Shown: piece by piece, positions 58,211 to 64,000 of the stretch
Layout of the letters: every line of letters begins with the position of its first letter
How positions within the stretch are numbered: the stretch's first letter is position 1
From: an uncultured Candidatus Saccharibacteria bacterium
GTDB lineage: Bacteria > Patescibacteriota > Minisyncoccia > Phycocordibacterales > Zambryskibacteraceae
Length of the DNA: 64,000 nt
Assembly (NCBI GenBank): GCA_964504255.1
Contig: CAZDDU010000001.1
Location: forward strand, 33,843-97,842
Direction of reading: 5' to 3'
The notes under the pieces: model-generated
Seen by the model: the letters and a program-made list of their open reading frames with translations, nothing else
What the model was told of the DNA's origin: nothing
Databases searched by the model: none
Position numbers and translations under genes: made by a program

Positions 58211-58315
58211 CTACTTATAAATTGCTTGACAAGTAGGGCGAAGTATGCTAAGGTTAATACAGTAGTTTCCCGTTCCTTCAGCAGCAAAGGCACCCAACTT
58301 CTAGGAGGCAGTCGT

Positions 58316-58951
58316 ATGACCAAGCCCGCCAAGCAGTCGAAGCCCCAGTCCACGCGCTTCTCGCTCGACCACGATGGGCTCACCGAGTTCCTCGTAGCGT
58401 TCCAGATCATCTGGGCCGCGGTGCGGGCGCTCTACAAGGGTCCCCACGGCGAGAACGACCAGACGCGGAACTTCGTCCGACGCATGGAGCAGATGGTCCG
58501 GCACGCCAGCCCTCTCCTCGAGGACGGCGAGACCGACCACAACTCCTACGAGAAGACGATCAAGCTCGGCGCGGCGCTCATGCGCCAGATCGAGGAGTAC
58601 ATCGACGACATCCTCGATTCCGACCGCGCGAGGGAGTTCTTCGACCGCGCTTCGAGCGAGATCCAGGAGATCTGGCCCGAGGTCTGGGCGGCGAAGAAGA
58701 ACGAGATCCTCGAGAGCCGTGCCCGCTTCCAGCAGGCGAACGCCTCGGAGACCGCGGAGGACCTCAAGAAGATCGTCCTCGCATACAACGCGACGACCGA
58801 GCTCCTTGCCAGGGCCAAGGCCGAGGCCGAGAACAAGGCGTCTGCCGAAGCCAACCGTCTCCGTCAGGCGAAGGAGGCTCAGGAGAAGCTCGCCCGGTTC
58901 GAGAAGAACCGCACGCGCGGCCGCTCTGTCCTGGCCCAGCTCTCGGCCTGA
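58316..58951 (+). CDS. Hypothetical helical protein (GC-rich ORFan module)
   Basis: TTGACA(58226)-N17-TAAGGT, AGGAGG SD, strongly G/C-ending codons, own terminator. Confidence 0.8.
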   Translation: MTKPAKQSKPQSTRFSLDHDGLTEFLVAFQIIWAAVRALYKGPHGENDQTRNFVRRMEQMVRHASPLLEDGETDHNSYEKTIKLGAALMRQIEEYIDDILDSDRAREFFDRASSEIQEIWPEVWAAKKNEILESRARFQQANASETAEDLKKIVLAYNATTELLARAKAEAENKASAEANRLRQAKEAQEKLARFEKNRTRGRSVLAQLSA

Positions 58952-59118
58952 ACTGCACAACGCACGCTAACGCGTGCCCGCCCCACGAAAGTCCCCACGG
59001 ACAATCGTGGGGCTTTCTTATTCATACATTGACATTACTGCTATATTGTGATAATATTAAATTAGATAAGCATTGTCTTAGCTGTACTTGAACAACTTAC
59101 CCTATTCCGGAGTTCTTG

Positions 59119-59700
59119 ATGAACCAGAAGAAGGCTGTTTCCGAACGAGCCCTGGGCTCTGTCCCGGTGGTCATGTTCTTCCTCAACGTGAACGGCGAGC
59201 ACCTCGTCCCCGACTCGGCGACGAAGGTTCCCGACAACCAGACGGCAGGGAAGTCACACACCGGTAAGCCCGGTATCATGCTCTGCCAAGGCAAGTCGGT
59301 GGATCTCGAGGGAGCACTCAAGGAGATCGAGCTCCGAGGGTACCTCCCCAAGAAGTTCACCTCCATCCATCGGTTCCAAGGAATCATGCATCGCATGGTG
59401 CTCGTCTGCGTTCACAAGGACGCGCCCGACAACGGCGAGGCGGCGAGCTTCACCGCCGAGCAGAGGGAGGATTTCCTCAAGCTGCTTCAGGGCTACAACT
59501 GGGACACCACCGTCTACCGGAATTTCTCCGAGACGGGAGGTAACTTCATCCTCATGGCCGGCAACCCCGATCGCCGGGAGGAGAAGGAGATCCTTCGGGT
59601 GAACGACGCGAACGAGTTCGAGATGGTGGATGCGGAGAAGGTCAAGACCGACCAGTCTCGGACGCGTGGTCGGGAAGCCCTCTCGCAGATCAGCGCGTAG
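59119..59700 (+). CDS. Hypothetical protein (GC-rich ORFan module)
   Basis: TTGACA(59029)-N17-TAATAT, GGAG SD, terminator AGGCCGTCAC/GTGACGGCCT-TTT. Confidence 0.8.
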   Translation: MNQKKAVSERALGSVPVVMFFLNVNGEHLVPDSATKVPDNQTAGKSHTGKPGIMLCQGKSVDLEGALKEIELRGYLPKKFTSIHRFQGIMHRMVLVCVHKDAPDNGEAASFTAEQREDFLKLLQGYNWDTTVYRNFSETGGNFILMAGNPDRREEKEILRVNDANEFEMVDAEKVKTDQSRTRGREALSQISA

Positions 59701-59864
59701 GATCAGTTGGTGAGCCCTTCCTCGGGCTAGGCCGTCACATTGTGACGGCCTTTTACTTATCTATTGTTGCCCTCGTTTGACAATAGAGCCCCATTTCTAT
59801 ACTATATTTGCCTACGTCCCGCATGCGGGATTAAGTTTTAAATAGTTCGAATACCTAACTTAAA

Positions 59865-60209
59865 GTGACCAGATCAAGCAAAAAAGGACCATATGTAGAC
59901 CCTCGCGTGATGAAGAAGATCGAGGGCAAGAAGCCAGGCGAAACCGGGGTTATTAAGACCTGGTCTCGCGCATGCCAAATCGCTCCAGAGATGATCGGAT
60001 TCACCTTCGGAGTGCACAACGGTCGCGACCATGTCGAGGTCTTCGTCACAGAGGACATGATCGGTCACAGACTAGGTGAGTTCTCACTCACTCGTAAGTT
60101 CGTGAAGCACGGTGGTAAGATGCAGAAGGATATTGAGTCTAAGGCTAAGGAGGCCGAGATCAACGCAGCTAAGGCAGCTAAGGCTTCTACCGACACTAAG
60201 AAGAAATAA
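59865..60209 (+). CDS. rpsS: 30S ribosomal protein S19
   Basis: [20 protein letters not shown]; GTG start; own promoter TTGACA at 59777. Confidence 0.98.
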   Translation: MTRSSKKGPYVDPRVMKKIEGKKPGETGVIKTWSRACQIAPEMIGFTFGVHNGRDHVEVFVTEDMIGHRLGEFSLTRKFVKHGGKMQKDIESKAKEAEINAAKAAKASTDTKKK

Positions 60210-60213
60210 TTTT

Positions 60214-60591
60214 ATGAACGAGGCTAAAGCAACACTAAAGAATTATCGTCAGTCACCAAGGAAGGTCCGTGTTGTGGCAGATCTCGTAAGAGGCAGGAGA
60301 GTAGATGATGCACTCGTTACTTTGATGTACACCACTAAGAGAGCGACAAATCCATTGAGCAAACTTCTTTCGTCAGCAATTGCAAACGCAAAGAATCTTT
60401 CTATACCTACGGAAAACTTAGTGGTGAAGGAGATCAGTGTCGATGGGGGAGCTATTCTATACAGAAGACTACCAAAGAGTCGTGGTCAGGCCACCCCAAT
60501 AAGGAAGCGCACCAGCCATGTTACTATCACTCTAGGAGAAGGTAAGCCAAAGAAGGTTAAGATTGCCAAGGCTAAAGTAGCTAAGAAATAA
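60214..60591 (+). CDS. rplV: 50S ribosomal protein L22
   Basis: SPRKVRVVADLVRG, SAIANA, KRTSHV. Confidence 0.98.
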   Translation: MNEAKATLKNYRQSPRKVRVVADLVRGRRVDDALVTLMYTTKRATNPLSKLLSSAIANAKNLSIPTENLVVKEISVDGGAILYRRLPKSRGQATPIRKRTSHVTITLGEGKPKKVKIAKAKVAKK

Positions 60592-60592
60592 T

Positions 60593-61264
60593 ATGTCACA
60601 CACAGTACACCCATATTCACATAGACTAGGGATCCTCAGAGACTGGAAGAGTCGCTGGTTTTCTCCTAAGGGCAAGTTCAAGGAGTACTTGGAGGCCGAT
60701 GTTGTTATCCGCCGCTACCTAGAGAAGAAACTCAAGGGTTTCTTCATCGCAGACATAGAGATAGAGAGAAGTCAGAAGGCTCTCCGCATCGTCCTCTCTA
60801 CCTCACGCCCAGGCATGATCATTGGTCGTGCTGGCGACGGCTCACAGAAGCTACTTGCCGATGTGAAGAAGTTGCTCGAGAAGAAGAAGCTCTTGCCTGC
60901 TAAGGTCGAGCTTAAGCTTGATGTGAAGGAGGTAAAAAGTCCTGAGTCTAACGCGGCCATTGTCGCTGAGATGGTAGTTGACGGTCTAGAGAAGCGCATG
61001 CCATTCCGTCGCGTCATGAAGAGTATGCTCGAGAAGGTGATGGCTAACCGTGATGTGCAAGGAGTAAGAATCTTCCTCGCAGGACGTTTGGGCGGAGCTA
61101 CTATGAGTAGAACAGAGGACAGGAAGCTCGGACGTATTCCACTTCAGACCTTCAGAGCAGATGTAGACTACTCTTGCACCAAGGCAGTCATGCCATACGG
61201 CGCTATCGGAGTGAAGGTCTGGATCTATCGTGGAGAGATCTTTGATAAGGACGCGCAGAAATAA
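60593..61264 (+). CDS. rpsC: 30S ribosomal protein S3
   Basis: RPGMIIG, GRLGGA, PLQTFRADVDY. Confidence 0.98.
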   Translation: MSHTVHPYSHRLGILRDWKSRWFSPKGKFKEYLEADVVIRRYLEKKLKGFFIADIEIERSQKALRIVLSTSRPGMIIGRAGDGSQKLLADVKKLLEKKKLLPAKVELKLDVKEVKSPESNAAIVAEMVVDGLEKRMPFRRVMKSMLEKVMANRDVQGVRIFLAGRLGGATMSRTEDRKLGRIPLQTFRADVDYSCTKAVMPYGAIGVKVWIYRGEIFDKDAQK

Positions 61265-61275
61265 TTTTTACTATC

Positions 61276-61698
61276 ATGCTTTTCCCTAAGAAAGTTAAAT
61301 ACCGAAAGTGGCACACCATGAGGAAGAACCCTCTAAAGGTGGGCCCAGCTACCCGCGGTATTACCGTTGCTTTCGGTTCATACGGTCTTAAGGCTATGGA
61401 TCAAGTTCGTATCAAGTCGAATCAAATCGAAGCCGCAAGAAAGGTGCTCTCAAGAGCGCTTGGTAAGACTGGTAGACTTTGGATTCGCATTTTCCCTGAT
61501 ATGCCTTATACTGCGAAGCCTGCAGAGGTTAAGCTAGGTAAGGGTAAGGGAGACCTACAGGGTTATGTGGCTCCAGTTAGAGCGGGCCGAATGCTTTTTG
61601 AGGTAGATGGAGTGTCTGAGGCTATTGCCAAGGAGGCTCTAAGGAAGGCGGGTACCAAGCTCCCTGTGAAGACTAAGATCGTCGCTCGCGAACAATAA
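61276..61698 (+). CDS. rplP: 50S ribosomal protein L16
   Basis: QIEAAR, WIRIFPD, GKGKG. Confidence 0.98.
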   Translation: MLFPKKVKYRKWHTMRKNPLKVGPATRGITVAFGSYGLKAMDQVRIKSNQIEAARKVLSRALGKTGRLWIRIFPDMPYTAKPAEVKLGKGKGDLQGYVAPVRAGRMLFEVDGVSEAIAKEALRKAGTKLPVKTKIVAREQ

Positions 61699-61699
61699 T

Positions 61700-61942
61700 A
61701 TGAATACAAAGACAAACAAGAAAAAGGTTTTCACCGGTACAGTCGTCTCAACAAAGATGAAGGACACTGTCGTTGTGCTTGTCGAGAGATATGAGAAGCA
61801 TCCAAAGTACGAGAAGTTTATGAAGTCTTCAAAGAAGTTCAAGGCTCATGATGCGGGTAACACTGCCAAGGTAGGGGATAAGGTGTCTATCACTGAGACC
61901 AAGCCAATTTCTAAGGATAAGCATTTCATTTTAACCAAGTAA
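61700..61942 (+). CDS. rpsQ: 30S ribosomal protein S17
   Basis: GTVVSTKMKDT, HPKY, ETKPISKDK. Confidence 0.97.
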   Translation: MNTKTNKKKVFTGTVVSTKMKDTVVVLVERYEKHPKYEKFMKSSKKFKAHDAGNTAKVGDKVSITETKPISKDKHFILTK

Positions 61943-61943
61943 T

Positions 61944-62315
61944 ATGATACAGCCACGCTCAATCGTAGAGATCGCAGACAACTCCGGTGCAAAGATCGGC
62001 AGAATCTTCAAAGTGCTCGGATCTTCGAAGAAGCGCTACGCTCGTATCGGCGACATCGTCGTCCTCTCAGTGCAGAAGGCAGAGCCAAGGAAGCAGGTGA
62101 AGAAGAAGGACGTCCTTTACGCAGTAGTAGTACGCAGTCGTGCACCTATGAAGCGTGCCGACGGTTCGTACGTCCGCTTCGATGAGAATGCAGTCGTCAT
62201 CCTAGACAACTCCAAGGAAGAGCCAATGGCAGGACGTGTCTTCGGACCAATACCTCGCGAGCTAGGCGAGAGAGGTTTCCAGAAGATTATTTCTCTAGCA
62301 CCTGAGGTCGTTTAA
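61944..62315 (+). CDS. rplN: 50S ribosomal protein L14
   Basis: ADNSGAK, FDENAVV, SLAPEV. Confidence 0.98.
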   Translation: MIQPRSIVEIADNSGAKIGRIFKVLGSSKKRYARIGDIVVLSVQKAEPRKQVKKKDVLYAVVVRSRAPMKRADGSYVRFDENAVVILDNSKEEPMAGRVFGPIPRELGERGFQKIISLAPEVV

Positions 62316-62325
62316 TAATACCGCC

Positions 62326-62541
62326 ATGCATATCAAGAAGAATGACAATGTAATAGTTCTCACAGGCAAGGACAAGGGCAAGACCGGCAAGGTCCTTCGT
62401 GCTTTCCCTAAGTTAAACCGAGTACTTATCGAGGGTGTGAATGTGAAGAAGGTGCACCAGAAGAAGACCAAGAAGGATGGTAAGGGTCAGATCATCGAGA
62501 AGTCCTTCCCAGTAGATGCATCTAACGTCAAAGTAAAATAA
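62326..62541 (+). CDS. rplX: 50S ribosomal protein L24 (short, 71 aa)
   Basis: KOW motif GKDKGKTGKV, IEGVN, SNV. Confidence 0.95.
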   Translation: MHIKKNDNVIVLTGKDKGKTGKVLRAFPKLNRVLIEGVNVKKVHQKKTKKDGKGQIIEKSFPVDASNVKVK

Positions 62542-62544
62542 TTT

Positions 62545-62568
62545 TAGTTCGATAAACTCACTACAAGT
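62545..62568 (+). repeat. REP-like element between rplX and rplE
   Basis: TAGTTCGATAAACTCACTACAAGT. Confidence 0.8.
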
Positions 62569-63117
62569 ATGGAAACTCTAAAGACAAAGGTAGCAAAGGC
62601 ATTCAAGGAGATGAAGTCACATGGCTACAAGAATGCTATGCAGTCACCAAAGATCGAGAAGGTGATTGTTAATGTCGGTGTCGGCTCAATGAAGGATAAG
62701 AACAAGATCAAGGTTGTTGAGGACCGCTTGATGAAGATCACTGGCCAGAAGGCCTCACCAAGAGGAGCTAAGGTAGCTATTGCTAACTTCAAGAGTCGTC
62801 AGGGTGACATCGTTGGTTACCAAGTAACTCTAAGAGGTGCACGCATGTACGACTTCCTCGAGCGACTTCTACACATCGCTCTTCCTCGTACCAAGGACTT
62901 CAGGGGTATCTCGAAGACCTCAGCTGACGAGATGGGTAACTACACCCTAGGTATCAAGGAGCACACCATCTTCCCCGAGACAGCAGACGAAGAGCTCAAG
63001 GATGTCTTCGGTCTCTCAGTAACTGTCGTCACCTCAGCCAAGAGCAAGAGCGAGGTCCAAGACTTCCTCGAATACCTCGGCTTCCCATTTAAGAAGGTAG
63101 AAGAAAAGAAGAAATAG
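62569..63117 (+). CDS. rplE: 50S ribosomal protein L5
   Basis: KVIVNVGVG, ITGQK, VTLRG, LPRTKDFRG. Confidence 0.98.
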   Translation: METLKTKVAKAFKEMKSHGYKNAMQSPKIEKVIVNVGVGSMKDKNKIKVVEDRLMKITGQKASPRGAKVAIANFKSRQGDIVGYQVTLRGARMYDFLERLLHIALPRTKDFRGISKTSADEMGNYTLGIKEHTIFPETADEELKDVFGLSVTVVTSAKSKSEVQDFLEYLGFPFKKVEEKKK

Positions 63118-63191
63118 TTCACAGAAAATAATTTTGACTTAATAGCGCGAAGGCGCTATTTTGTTTGAAGACCCACATCTCAGGAGACGCT

Positions 63192-63377
63192 ATGAGCGAG
63201 AAGAAGAAGCCACCAGTACCGCTGAACGAGATCGTGCTCACGCCAGAAGAGCGACAATTCCTCACGCCCGAGTTTGTCGAAGAGACGACTATGGGCGCTA
63301 TCAGGTATGTTGAGGAGAGGCTCTCCGTCACAGAGTCACCAGAGTTCAGTGCGTCGAGAACCAAGCCAGCAAAGTAA
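63192..63377 (+). CDS. Small hypothetical protein (ORFan module)
   Basis: AGGAG SD; terminator AGCCAGC/GCTGGCT-TTTT over the stop. Confidence 0.6.
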   Translation: MSEKKKPPVPLNEIVLTPEERQFLTPEFVEETTMGAIRYVEERLSVTESPEFSASRTKPAK

Positions 63378-63415
63378 GCTGGCTTTTTCATATAAAACGA
63401 CATAAATTTGAGTAC

Positions 63416-63443
63416 TTGACAATAGTTGTGAAGTGTGTATAAT
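63416..63443 (+). promoter_or_regulatory. Consensus sigma70 promoter
   Basis: TTGACA-N16-TATAAT. Confidence 0.8.
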
Positions 63444-63448
63444 ATAAA

Positions 63449-63873
63449 TGTACGGTGAGAGTCTGGCAGAAGCCGGGCACTGCCGTATGAAGTACAAGAT
63501 TCATTTCCTTACACCGGTGACGGAATGGTTCTGCTCTCGAGACAGAGTGCGAATGGTTCCCGATGGCGATGAAGCCGGTATCTCCCTGCAGTCGCGTATG
63601 CTCGGAAGAGGCGCGATCAAGTTAATTTGGTAAAGTGGTAACCTGATCTTCGCTGCCCTACGGCCGCGCGAACTACCGAGAGAGGCGGTTTCCTCTCCAG
63701 GTTATCTCGTAGGGATAGAAAGTCGGGGCGTTCTAGACGCCTAAAGGAGATCCGAGTGATGTCTCGCAATACTCACTCCCTCTGTAAGTCCGACAACTAC
63801 TCTCTGCGATTCTCGCACAATGTGGCCTCGGCCACTCACAATACAGCGCTCACCTTCGGGTAGAGCGCTTTTT
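63449..63873 (+). ncRNA. Candidate large structured ncRNA (~425 nt), family unrecognised
   Basis: Promoter upstream, many nested stems with G-U pairs, GGAA and UUCG tetraloops, terminator AGCGCTC...GAGCGCT-TTTT. Confidence 0.6.
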
Positions 63874-63906
63874 CAATTTATAAAAAACCCACGCACGCGC
63901 GTGGGG

Positions 63907-64000
63907 CTAATAGATACTCGTCACATTACAACGACTCTGAAGATCCTCTGGGGTGACGTGCCTGCTTGCGGCAATCTCATCTTGGATCTGTCGTATGCCA
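63907..64000 (-). CDS. 3' end of a hypothetical gene entering from beyond the window
   Basis: Open frame ...GIRQIQDEIAASRHVTPEDLQSRCNVTSIY* followed by a minus-strand terminator CCCACGC/GCGTGGG-TTTTTT. Confidence 0.5.
   Translation of the reverse strand, partial: GIRQIQDEIAASRHVTPEDLQSRCNVTSIY

Noticed and set aside
63700-63740. RNase P RNA, suggested by GAAAGTCGGGGC
   Set aside because: Does not match GAGGAAAGUCC, and the 3' conserved ACAGAA.CCGGCUUA partner is absent.

Overview
Chromosomal core region of a Patescibacteria (CPR) genome, most likely Parcubacteria/OD1. The assignment rests on gene content, a VirB6-like membrane protein, a split comEC and characteristic micro-repeats; genetic code 11 (TGA is used as stop). 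The window holds housekeeping genes (rsmA, pcrA, comM, rpsO, xerC-like, nusA, ppa, tig, clpP, rny, HU, cca, xth, tpiA, pgk, recJ, rnhA), six tRNAs (Arg, 2 Gly, 3 Pro), a type IV pilus/adhesin operon and the str/S10/spc ribosomal clusters. Those clusters are repeatedly interrupted by single-gene accessory modules. No CRISPR array, transposase, rRNA or prophage was seen. Most notable, all read by eye and not computed: (1) two promoter-to-terminator units that look like large structured non-coding RNAs (about 425 nt at 63.45-63.87 kb; about 240 nt at 23.93-24.17 kb, between DnaA boxes and next to parS sites); (2) a cassette-like array after rplB in which three identical 24-bp terminator/promoter repeats delimit unrelated genes; (3) ORFan modules carry Shine-Dalgarno sequences while core genes are SD-less or leaderless; (4) a dispersed ~25-bp REP-like element fused to stop codons, once nested inside itself; (5) reduced proteins (uL3 with an internal deletion, short uL24, FKBP-less trigger factor) and no uL29 at its usual position.
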